A stretch of DNA of 64,000 nt from Eledone cirrhosa. Lineage: Eukaryota. The stretch spans positions 3,472,001-3,536,000 of the forward strand of contig OZ024762.1 of the NCBI GenBank assembly GCA_964016885.1, in the 5' to 3' direction. Position 1 is the stretch's first letter. The number at the start of each line of letters is the position of its first letter. The notes below the pieces were generated by a model that saw only the letters and a program-made list of their open reading frames with translations, had not been told where the DNA came from and did no database searches. Below, piece after piece: positions 39,175-51,501 of the stretch. The position numbers and the translations under genes were made by a program.

Positions 39175-40970
39175 TAAAAGTTCATAGGCTCACTATGAAA
39201 GAGTGATGCTAGGGCTCTGCAATCTTGCATGTTGAAAAATAAACCTCATTTGGTCATTCCATGAGAGTATCTTGGTCAGCCTATGAAGGAGTGATGCTAG
39301 AGCTGTGCAATCTTGCATGTTGAAAAATAAACCTCATTTGGTCATTCCATGAGAGTATCTTGGTCAGCCTATGAAGGAGTGATGCTATAGCTGTGCAATC
39401 TTGCATGTTGAAAAATAAACCTCATTTGGTCATTCCATGAGAGTATCTTGGTCAGCCTATGTAGGAGTGATGCTAGAGCTGTGCAATCTTGCATGTTGAA
39501 AAATAAACCTCATTTGGTCATTCCATGAGAGTATCTTGGTCAGCCTATGAAGGAGTGATGCTAGAGCTGTGAAATCTTGCATGTTGAAAAATAAACCTCA
39601 TTTGGTCATTCCATGAGAGTATCTTGGTCAGCCCATGAAGGAGTGACGCTAGAGCTGTGCAATCTTGCATGTTGAAAAATAAACCTCATTTGGTCATTCC
39701 ATGAGAGTATCTTGGTCAGCTTATGAAGGAGTGATGCTAGAGCTGTGCAATCTTGCATGTTGAAAAATAAACCTCATTTGGTCATTCCATGAGAGTATCT
39801 TGGTCAGCCTATGTAGGAGTGATGCTAGAGCTGTGCAATCTTGCATGTTGAAAAATAAACCTCATTTGGTCATTCCATGAGAGTATCTTGGTCAGCCTAT
39901 GAAGGAGTGATGCTAGAGCTGTGCAATCTTGCATGTTGAAAAATAAACCTCATTTGGTCATTCCATGAGAGTATCTTGGTCAGCCTATGTAGGAGTGATG
40001 CTAGAGCTGTGCAATCTTGCATGTTGAAAAATAAACCTCATTTGGTCATTCCATGAGAGTATCTTGGTCAGCCTATGAAGGAGTGATGCTAGAGCTGTGC
40101 AATCTTGCATGTTGAAAAATAAACCTCATTTGGTCATTCCATGAGAGTATCTTGGTCAGCCTATGTAGGAGTGATGCTAGAGCTGTGCAATCTTGCATGT
40201 TGAAAAATAAACCTCATTTGGTCATTCCATGAGAGTATCTTGGTCAGCCTATGAAGGAGTGATGCTAGAGCTGTGAAATCTTGCATGTTGAAAAATAAAC
40301 CTCATTTGGTCATTCCATGAGAGTATCTTGGTCAGCCTATGTAGGAGTGATGCTAGAGCTGTGAAATCTTGCATGTTGAAAAATAAACCTCATTTGGTCA
40401 TTCCATGAGAGTATCTTGGTCAGCCTATGAAGGAGTGATGCTAGAGCTGTGCAATCTTGCATGTTGAAAAATAAACCTCATTTGGTCATTCCATGAGAGT
40501 ATCTTGGTCAGCTTATGAAGGAGTGATGCTAGAGCTGTGCAATCTTGCATGTTGAAAAATAAACCTCATTTGGTCATTCCATGAGAGTATCTTGGTCAGC
40601 CTATGAAGGAGTGATGCTAGAGCTGTGAAATCTTGCATGTTGAAAAATAAACCTCATTTGGTCATTCCATGAGAGTATCTTGGTCAGCCCATGAAGGAGT
40701 GATGCTAGAGCTGTGCAATCTTGCATGTTGAAAAATAAACCTCATTTGGTCATTCCATGAGAGTATCTTGGTCAGCCCATGAAGGAGTGATGCTAGAGCT
40801 GTGAAATCTTGCATGTTGAAAAATAAACCTCATTTGGTCATTCCATGAGAGTATCTTGGTCAGCTTATGAAGGAGTTATGCTAGGGCTGTGCAATCTTGT
40901 ATGTTGAAAAATAAACCTCATTTGGTCATTCCATGAGAGTATCTTGGTCAGCCTATGAAGGAGTGATGCT
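39175..40970. repeat. 88-bp tandem array x~20 derived from a mariner-like MITE
   Basis: Unit tatgaaggagtgatgctagagctgtgcaatcttgcatgttgaaaaataaacctcatttggtcattccatgagagtatcttggtcagcc; related monomeric element end at ~54608-54735. Confidence 0.92.
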
Positions 40971-41293
40971 ATATATATATAATGTATATATATACATGTA
41001 TATATATACACATGTATATATATATACATGAGATTTGCATGACGTGGAGGTGGATGAGGATCCCGGATGAGCCCACAGCAAGTCACGAGGGAAACCTAAG
41101 GGCAGCAGCAACAAACTCCCTCTTACACCAGTGGCCAACCTATACAGGCTGGAGATAAAATGTGTAGCAACAAGGGCGGTGCCCCAGCATGGCCTCAGCC
41201 GGATGGCTGAAACAGGTAAAAGAGTATATGTGTATATATATATATATACATGTATATATATGGATATATACATGTATATATATATACATATAA

Positions 41294-41327
<34 letters not shown>

Positions 41328-41924
41328 GTATATATATATATATATATAAATGTATATATATAAATGTATATATATATATATATATATAATGATGTGTTCA
41401 CCTGTTAAAAATCCACAAAATACTTTTAATATTGTCGTTTTCGTCCATAGCAAGTGTTGTTTCGAAACAATTTTTGCACCCATTTTTGCGATTAAGTAAA
41501 GACAGAGTTATCGTTCTTGAGATTTCCTCCTGGTGAAATTTAAGGAACTGATGTCGCTAGAGCGTCAACTTATTTACCTGCCGCGTTGCATCATGGGAGA
41601 GGTTACGGTTGATTTTTATTTTAAAAACAGGCGAGTTTTTTAATTTACTCGTTGCCACCGTGGTTGTTGTTTGATATAAATAAATAAATAAAAGAAGTAA
41701 TTCCATCCCACGCCTCCCTGTAATCTGAATATTTAATTACCATGGTGTCGGGAGCGGTTAATGTAAACAAAGGGCAATATGTAATCGCTACACCGGCCTC
41801 ATAATAATTACTATTGTTCTCCTATTTTTCTTCAAAGTGATTTCGCTTCTTTATTTCATAGAATCATGGCTAATTAATTTAAAGCCACTCACTGACGATC
41901 TCCGGCCTCTCACCCTCAGATGTT

Positions 41925-43809
41925 CTGTGTGTGTGTATAAATATAGTGTGTGTGTGTGTTTATACAGCTAGTGTGTGTGAGTTTATACAGCTAGTGTGTG
42001 TGTTTATATAGCTAGTGTGTGTGTTTATTTAGCTAGTGTGTGTGTTCATATTGCTAGTGTGTGTATGTTCATATAGCTAGTGTGTTGTGTGTGTTTATAT
42101 AGCTTGTGTGTGTGTTTATATAGCTAGTGTGTGTGTTTAAATAGCTAGTGAGTGTGTTTATATAGCAAGCGTGTGTGTGTGTCTATATAGATTGTGTGTG
42201 TGTTTATATAGCTAGTGTGTGTGTGTTTATATAGCTAGTGTGTGTTTATATAGCTAGTGGCTGTGTGTGTTTATAGCTAATGTGTGTGTGTGTATATAGC
42301 TAGTGTATGTGTGTGTTTATATAGCTAGTGTGTGTGTTTATATAGCTAGTGTGTGTGTGTTTATATAGCTTGCGTATGTGTTTATATAGCTAGTGTGTGT
42401 GTTTAAATAGCTAGTGTGTGTGTTTATTTAGCTAGTGTGTGTGTGTTTATATAGATTGTGTGTGTTTATATAGCTAGTGTGTGTGTGTATATAGCTTGTG
42501 TGTGTGTTTATATAGCTAGTGTGTGTATGTTCATATAGCTAGTGTGTGTGTTTATATAGCTTGTGTGTGTGTTTATATAGTGTGTGTGTTTATATAGCTA
42601 GTATATGTGTTTATATAGCTAGTGTGTGTCTGTTTATATAGCTAGTGTGTGTGTTTATATAGCTAGTGTGTGTGTTTATATAGCTAGTGGCTGTGTGTGT
42701 TTATAGCTAGTGTGTGTGTGTATATAGCTAGTGTGTGTTTATATAGCTAGTGTGTGTGTTTATATAGCTTGTGTGTGTGTTTATATAGCTAGTGTGTGTG
42801 TGTGTTTATATAGCTTGCGTATGTGTTTATATAGCTAGTGTGTGTGTTTAAATAGCTAGTGTGTGTGTTTATTTAGCTAGTGTGTGTGTATATAGCTTGT
42901 GTGTGTGTTTATATAGCTAGTGTGTGTATGTTCATATAGCTAGTGTGTGTGTGTGTTTATATAGCTTGTGTGTGTGTTTATATAGCTAGTGTGTGTGTTT
43001 ATATAGCTAGTGTGTGTGTGTTTATATACCTAGTGTGTGTGTTTATATAGCTAGTGTGTGTGTTTATATAGCTAGTGTGTGTATATAGCTAGTGTGTGTG
43101 TTTATATAGCTAGTATATGTGTTTATATAGCTAGTGTCTGTTTGTTTATATAGCTAGTGTGTGTGTTTATATAGCTAGTGGCTGTGTGTGTTTATAGCTA
43201 GTGTGTGTATGTATATAGCTAGTGTGTGTGTGTTTATATAGCTAGTGTGTGTGTTTATATAGCTTGTGTGTGTGTTTATATAGCTAGTGAGTGTGTTTAT
43301 ATAGCAAGTGTGTGTGTGTCTATATAGATTGTGTGTGTGTTTATATAGCGAGTGTGTGTGTGTTTATATAGCTAGTGTGTGTATGTTCATATAGCTAGTG
43401 TATGTGTGTTTATATATATAGTTAGTGTGTGTGTGTTTATATATATAGTTAGTGTGTGTGTGTTTATATAGCTACTGTGTGTGTGTTTATATAGCTAGTG
43501 TGTGTGTGTTTATATAGCTAGTGTGTGTGTTTATATAGCTAGTGTGTGTGTTTATATAGCTAGTGTGTGTGTCTATATAGCTAGTGTGTGTGTTTATATA
43601 GCTAGTGCGTGTGTTTATATAGCTAGTGTGTGTTTATATAGCTTGTGTGTGTGTTTATATAGCTAGTATGTGTGTTTATATAGCTAGTGTGTGTGTGTCT
43701 ATATAGCTTGTGTGTGTGTTTATATAGCTAGTATGTGTGTGTTTATATATCTTGTGTGTGTGTGTTTATATAGCTAGTGTGTGTATGTTCATATAACTAG
43801 TGCGTGTGT
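41925..43809. repeat. Second (GT)n-TTATATAGCTA satellite array (continues at 45892-46085 after the LINE)
   Basis: Same unit as 36670-38280. Confidence 0.95.
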
Positions 43810-43880
43810 TTATAACTAGTGCGTTTGTTCTGGAAATATGTTATAACTAGTGCGTTTGTTCTGGAAATATGTTATAACTA

Positions 43881-45605
43881 GTGCGTTTGTTCTGGAAATA
43901 TGTTCATTCAAAGCAGAGACCTCACTCTCTAGTTGGTCCTCTTCGCAATCCCCACACAAGCCAGATCACTGACGATCCCAAGGAATGCGCAGAACTCATT
44001 GCTGAGTGCTATGCAAGTATTTTTACTGTTGAAAACCAGAATGTACCATCTCCACCATCTCTAACATCAAATTCCATAACAACTATGGAATTTATACCTG
44101 CAATGTTGCGACGTCACCTTAAGAATAAGCGCAACTATGCCTCCCCTGGTCTTGATGGTGTGACGTACCTGCTTCTCAAACGTGGCGGGGATTTCCTTTT
44201 GCGCCAGCTTTCTTTTTTCTTTCAATACTGTCTCAGCAATGGTGCTACTCCAGAACAGTGGAAAACTGCCAGTGTCATTCCCCTGTTCAAAAAGGGCAAC
44301 CGCATGTCACCTGTCAACTATCGTCCAGTCAGTCTTACTAGCTGTATGGCCAAACTGATGGAATCCTGTGTCAGAGAAACACTTTGGAACTTCTGGAGCT
44401 CTCACAGCCTCATCCGGCCCTCACAGTTTGGATTTATCCCTAACTCCAGCTGCTGTGATCAGCTTATCGAGTTCCTTGAGGACATCACCCGGATCACTGA
44501 CAGCGGCTCATGGGTGGATGTTGTTTACCTTGACTTTGCTAAGGCTTTTAATTCTGTGCCACACAAAAGACTTATGGCAAAACTCTCTGCAATGGGTGTG
44601 AGGGATGATCTTTTTAACTGGCTGAAATCCTTCATTATCAGCCGAAAGGAAGTAGTCACGGTTCTAGGAGAGCATTCTTCATCATATGAGATGTCATCTG
44701 GTGTACCACAGGGATCTGTTCTTGGTCCTCTTTTGTTTGTTGCATACATTAATGACATAGATGCCAACTTAAAGAATGCCACAGTACTGAAATATGCAGA
44801 TGACATCAAGCTGTACCTTGAAATCAAAAGGACTGATCCTGAAATTTACAACTCTTTCCTACAATCAGACCTGGACACAATGCAGCAATGGATCACAGAC
44901 TGGCAACTGAAGCTGGCTGTGGACAAGTGTACCACCATGCATTTTGGAAGGAAAAATCCAGCGTCCACATACTCCCTCCACAACACTGACATCAAAAAGT
45001 TCTCTTGTGAACGTGACCTGGGCATTACTGTCAGCAATGATTTGCGTTGGACAAAGCATGTCTCTAAGATTGTCAAGAAGGCCGAGGGTGTCTTGGCATC
45101 ACTCAGCAAGACCTTTGTTAGCCGCTCTCCAGCCATCTATTTAAAACTGTATACAGCTATGGTGCGACCACACTTGGAATTCGCATCATCAGTCTGGAAC
45201 CCCTATCTTGCTTGGAACATTGACCTCCTGGAAACTGTTCAGAGACGTGCAACCAAGCGCATACCCTCCATCAGACACCTACCATACTCTGAACGCCTTG
45301 CTTCCCTGGGCATGGATTCATTGAAGCTCCGACGTCTGGCAATGGACTTGGTGAATACCCAAAAAGTTTTTAACCATCTCGCCAACTACAACACTGAGCG
45401 CCTCTTTGATCTCCATGTGTCTAACACACGTGGACATGCCTACAAGATAAGAAAACAGCACAGCTCCCATGACTTTCGCAGACATTTTTTCACGCTCAGA
45501 GTTGCTGAAGCATGGAACAAACTGCCTGCGTCAATTGTTAGCTGCCGAGACACTGCATCCTTTAAGACACTCATGCTTCCCGAAATACGCCAAAACTACA
45601 CCTGA
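43881..45605 (+). CDS. LINE ORF2 reverse transcriptase (endonuclease domain missing, no true start)
   Basis: SPGLDG, NYRPVSLTS, QFGF, YLDFAKAFNSVPH, GVPQGSVLGPLLF, YADD, ERDLG, RPHLEFASSVWNPY, TRGH, FFTLRVAEAWNKLP; 574 codons without stop. Confidence 0.93.
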   Translation: MRLFWKYVHSKQRPHSLVGPLRNPHTSQITDDPKECAELIAECYASIFTVENQNVPSPPSLTSNSITTMEFIPAMLRRHLKNKRNYASPGLDGVTYLLLKRGGDFLLRQLSFFFQYCLSNGATPEQWKTASVIPLFKKGNRMSPVNYRPVSLTSCMAKLMESCVRETLWNFWSSHSLIRPSQFGFIPNSSCCDQLIEFLEDITRITDSGSWVDVVYLDFAKAFNSVPHKRLMAKLSAMGVRDDLFNWLKSFIISRKEVVTVLGEHSSSYEMSSGVPQGSVLGPLLFVAYINDIDANLKNATVLKYADDIKLYLEIKRTDPEIYNSFLQSDLDTMQQWITDWQLKLAVDKCTTMHFGRKNPASTYSLHNTDIKKFSCERDLGITVSNDLRWTKHVSKIVKKAEGVLASLSKTFVSRSPAIYLKLYTAMVRPHLEFASSVWNPYLAWNIDLLETVQRRATKRIPSIRHLPYSERLASLGMDSLKLRRLAMDLVNTQKVFNHLANYNTERLFDLHVSNTRGHAYKIRKQHSSHDFRRHFFTLRVAEAWNKLPASIVSCRDTASFKTLMLPEIRQNYT

Positions 45606-45891
45606 TGTACCCCTTCCATACACATGCACACATGTGTGTATCGTGACTCGTGCACTGTTCATTTTACTGATGTTTGTGCATTGCCCTATGTACTGTACAT
45701 GCATTTTTTTGATGAGTTGTGGTGTACCTGGGCACTGTACACAATATTTCATTATTGTTATTGTTATTATATCATGACTCATACACTGTTTATTTTCCTG
45801 ACATTTGTACATTATTCTATGTACTATACATGCACCTTTGATGAGTTGTAGTGCACCTGAGCACTGTACACAATAATTTCATTATTATTAT
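43881..45891 (+). mobile_element. 5'-truncated CR1-clade LINE with 3' UTR and (ATT)n tail
   Basis: Open RT ORF to 45605, 3' UTR with an internal duplication, attattatta tail at 45881-45890, inserted inside the satellite. Confidence 0.92.
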
Positions 45892-48800
45892 AAAACTAGT
45901 GTATGTGTGTTTATATATATAGTTAGTGTGTGTTTATATAGCTAGTGTGTGTGTGTTTATATAGCTACTGTCTGTGTGTTTATATAGCTTAGTGTGTGCG
46001 TTTATATAACTAGCATGTGTTTGTTCATATGGCTAGTGTGTGTGTTTATAGCTAGTGTGTCTGTTTATATAGCTAGTGTGTGTATGCATATAATTACATG
46101 TATATATATATACATGTATGTATATATATAGATGTATATATTCATATGTATATATATACATGTATGTATATATATATAAATATACATGTATGTATATATA
46201 TACATGTATATTTATATGTATATATACATATATATAACTCTATATAATTATATATACATGTATATATATTTATATACATGTAGATATATATACATATATA
46301 TATACAATATGTATATATACAATATATATATACAATATACAATATGTATATATACAATATATATTGTATATATTATATATATACACTATATATATATATA
46401 TATATAGTATATATATATACAATATATTCAATACATTAACAGAGAAAGCTTTAAGCTATACTCTGACTGGCTACCAACTCACTCAACAAACATTAGGATA
46501 TACCTTAGTATAATCCCAATTTTACGTTTGGGGTGTTAACTATAAGTATTTTGCGGAAAGCTAGTTGTATTATTTTATATGAGACATAATTAAAATATAT
46601 CTCCCTTTCATTATAAGTTTTCTACAAGTTGGGAGAATGTGTCCGGGTTATGTAGAAGCCTGCACAATATATATATATATTGTATATATATATCTCGCTT
46701 TCTTTTTTTTTTAAAAAGAAGGAAAATGTTAGCTATAAGTATGACTATTTGACTCTGTAGAATTGCGGCTTGTGCGTGGCGCTGCACGTAGCGTTTCTGG
46801 CTTCGATGTCGTACTTAGGTATGGCTGACCACTCGATCGTGTCTGAAGTTCGAATCGTTGCGGGGTCGGCCGGGACCGTTGCAGGCTGGCTTTATGCTGG
46901 CCTGCTCTCCCGCCTCGCATAAGTTTTGCCAAACAATTTGACGAGAGTTATCTCCCTTTGATTTGAGTTATTTGCCCTTTGTTGACATTGAACTACTTCC
47001 GGTTTGTGGAACTCTTCTTCCTTTGTTGTCATTTCTTTTCAGTGTATTGAAGCTGTAACATTATTCTATTTACTCTGGGACTATTAACGATATCTGTTTG
47101 GATATTACGTTCGTGTAAAGAGGTATGTAAAGTTTTATTCGCACTCACGGATATTATTGAGACACAAAAATACATTTCACTATCTTGGAAATATACATAC
47201 ATTTAATTCTTCAATATAAATACATTCTTGTAGTGTTTTAGTTGCCATGTCTTTTAAATTTATTCTAAACACTCTTCACAGAACTAAACCTCCTTCCGAG
47301 AAACAAAACAAATAATATATACACGCAGCTACCTCTTCTAACTAAACATACATGTTACTTCCCTCTATGATGAAGCATTCTCTCTATACACATTTTATTA
47401 TCTTCTGTATCTAAACCTTATACTCTAGATACTATACCATCGTAATTTCTACGTCGAGTTACATCGGCATCACCACCTTTACTCCAACTCAGCATCCTCT
47501 CTTGCACACATAATATCCCTTTTTAACATCTCTATTACACATACACCTTCTCTGTATATTAGTGAGACACAAAAATACATACATTCTTGTAATGTTTTTT
47601 AATTTTATTCTAAACACTCACATATAGCTACATTTATATATACAAACACTCTTCCTATTTAAACGTATATATTTTGAGAATCATTACTAAAACGCCTCCG
47701 GAGAAACAAAACTAAATATATACACGCAGCTACCTCTTCTAACTAAACATACATGTTACTCTCCTTTATTATGAAACAAAACTAAACATGATCTGTATAT
47801 ATACACACACACAGCTTCCTCTTCTAACATGTTACAACTAAATTCATATATAAACGGTCTCCCTTCTATCATAACAGATATTTATGAGGCGCAATATACA
47901 AACTTGTTCATACTGGAATAATAGACATGAAACTAAACCTTCTCTAGACATATTAATATAGAAGCTAAACCATACAGTTATATCTAACGAAGCATGGTAG
48001 CTCCATTACTCTGCCGTAAGACTCCTTACTACTACTTCTAGCATCCTCACCTGCTTGAGAGCTACATCATCCATATATAAACGTTCTTCACTAGATACAA
48101 AACTAAATCTTTATATATACACAACTAACCTATTTTATATTCCTAAGGAACAGCACCAGACCTGGAGACTACTACAACCCTATCTCAAGAAGAAAGGTAA
48201 ATAAATTGTGAAATAAAAGAATAAACCAGTATTTTTTTTTTGTTGCCTTATTATTTACTCCCTGTATATATACACACACTAGACACCTCTTACACTGTAG
48301 GAAGACAAAAACCTTCTGTCACTGTATACTAGATTCAGATTATATAAATTATTTCCTAGATACACACCTATTAGAAACAAGCCATCTCTATATACAGGTA
48401 AATAACATCAATGTAGACATGTCTGTATATAAGAAACTGTATTCTATAGAATATATCTAAACCCACATTGTGTGTGTCTCTTTATATTATACACATGTAT
48501 GTAGAAACCTGGAAGTGAACATCATACATATATAAGAGGTTTTGATCTGTACATACATATCAATACATCCTCGCTAGATACTACACATACGTCTCTTAGG
48601 AAACTACTACTATTGTTCTTCTAGTTGTGTATAAGCATCTCATAGTAGAATGTGTACATGCTTCCTAAGAAGCAAGAGAGCTAACTGTATAAATACAAAG
48701 AAACTTAATGTTCTTTACATACACACATATGTAGAAAAACTGTATTTAATATGACACACAAAGCTTACTTCATGTCTATAATACACCTTCTTCTCTATAT

Positions 48801-49080
48801 TGGAAGAAGTACCTCCATTATATGTTGAAGTTGGGTTCAATAGAGTACAGTATGTAGAACCCTATGTACACAGTTACCCTTTTCTTTAAAGGATACATCA
48901 ATACCCTGTTCTCCTCTAGACAGGCATACTCCATATAAACACTTTTGTGTATATAAAGCATATCTTCATTGTAAATTTAGAAGTTACACTACACAGATAT
49001 AAAGACAACAACCTACAGACATATTAATACCCTTATATCTCTAGACTACTGTATTATATAAATATAGCTAAGGAATTAAA

Positions 49081-50827
49081 GATGTATGTATATATACATA
49101 CATATGTATGTATATATACATACATAAGCATGTATACATACATATGTATGTATATATACATACACATGTATATATACATACATATATGTATGTATATAGA
49201 TACTTTTGTATATACATACGTATATAAACATACGTATGTATATATATACATACGTATGTATACATACATACGTATGTATATATACATACATATGTATGTA
49301 CAAATACATACGTATGTATATATACATACGTATGCATATATATATACATATGTATCTACATACGTATGTATATATACATACGTATGTACATATATAAACA
49401 TACGTATGTATATATGTACATACGTATGTATGTATATGTACATACATACGTATGTATTTACATATACATACGTATGTATATACATAAACATACGTATGTA
49501 TATAAACATACGTATGTATGTATTTACATACGTATGTACATACATACATATGTATATACATACGTATGTATATACATACGTATGTATATATATATACATA
49601 CGTATGTTTATATACATACGTATGTATACATGCATAGGTATGTATTTACATACGTATGTATGTATACATACGTATGTATATAAACATACGTATGTATATA
49701 TATATACATACGTATGCATATATACATATGTATGTATATACATACGTATGTATGTACATACGTATGTATGTATTTACATACGTATGTATGTACATACATA
49801 CGTATGTATATACATACATATGTATATACATACGTATGTATACATGCATACGTATGTATGTACATACATACGTATGTAAATACATATGTACGTATGTATA
49901 TACATACATACGTATGTATATACATACATACGTATGTATATACATACGTACGTATGTATTTACATACGTATGTATGTATTTACATACGTATGCATGTATA
50001 CAGACGTATGTATATAAACATACGTATGTATATATACATACGTATGTATATACATACGTATGCATATATACATACGTATGCATATATACATACGTATGTA
50101 TATATAAACATACGTATGTATATACATACGTATGTATGTATTTACATACATACATACGTATGTATATACATACGTATGTATGTATTTACATACATACATA
50201 CGTATGTAAATACATACGTATGTATATACATACGTATGTATTTACATACGTATGTATATACATACGTATGTATTTACATACGTATGTATGTATGTAAATA
50301 CATACATACGTATGTATATACATACATACGTATGTTTATATATACATACGTATGTATATACATACGTATGCATATAAACATACGTATGTATATACATACG
50401 TATGCATATATACATACGTATGTATATACATATGTATGTATATACATACGTATGTATATACATACGTATGTATGTACATACATACGTATGTTTATATACA
50501 TACATACGTATGTATTTATATACGTATGTATATAAACGTATGTATATATATATACATACGTATATATATACATACGTATGTATATATACATACGTATGTA
50601 TATATACATACGTATATATAAATATACATATGTATGTACATATATACATACGTATGTATATAAACGTATGTATGTATACATACGTATGTATATATACATA
50701 TGTATGTATATATATATACATACGTATGTATATATACATACGTATGTTTATATACATACGTATGTATATATGCATACGTATGTATGTATACACATGTATG
50801 TATATATACATACATATATATGTATGT
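49081..50827. repeat. Palindromic microsatellite block built on TACATACGTATGTA
   Basis: Self-complementary 14-mer repeated with variation; flanked by a 27-bp direct repeat. Confidence 0.92.
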
Positions 50828-51325
50828 TTATATAAATATAGCTAAGGAGTTAAACTTTCTTCTCTAGATGTATATAAGTATGTGTATTCTATAGGATACT
50901 ATTACCTTAAAACTGTGTGTATATATATACACTTACTTCTATAGAATCCATACATCTTAACACCCTTCTATCTCTAGGCATATGTATACATACAGAAAGA
51001 AATGGCCTCACTAGAATACTGCATTAGATACATTTCTTTCATGAAGGATGTTTCGAACTGAGTTCATACTTCTATTCCTATATACATACTGGGAGAGATA
51101 TAGAATACAAATTTATTCTATATACAGAAGGAAATAAACTTACTAGAATACTGTCTATATACACATTATAAATGTTTATAATATGAAACTTCTTTATTAA
51201 TACCTCTATACTTACTGGTAAGTATGAGAGAGATATAGAATATCCACATAACCCTGTATAGATATCTTACAGGAGATATAGAATATCTATATACACATAA
51301 ACTTGCTAGGATTACTGTATTATAT

Positions 51326-51501
51326 ACTGTTTGGGAGCCCCTACATGGACACACTAGAAGAGGAAGACCAAGGTTAACGTATGTTGATGCCCTAAGGACA
51401 GACACTGGTCTGTTGGAGATGCAGGACATGGCAGCGATAATGAGGGACAGAGACCGCTGGAGAGAACTCGTCCATGGATCTCGGGAATTTTACCCGCCTT
51501 A
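51326..51501 (+). mobile_element. RTE-like LINE 3' fragment
   Basis: VWEPLHGHTRRGRPRLTYVDALRTDTG...MRDRDRWRELV*. Confidence 0.75.

Noticed and set aside
39175-40970. CRISPR-like array
   Set aside because: Units are contiguous near-identical 88-mers with no unique spacers, no cas genes, eukaryotic context.
49054-50845. Long YIHTYV-type ORFs
   Set aside because: Translations of microsatellite DNA.
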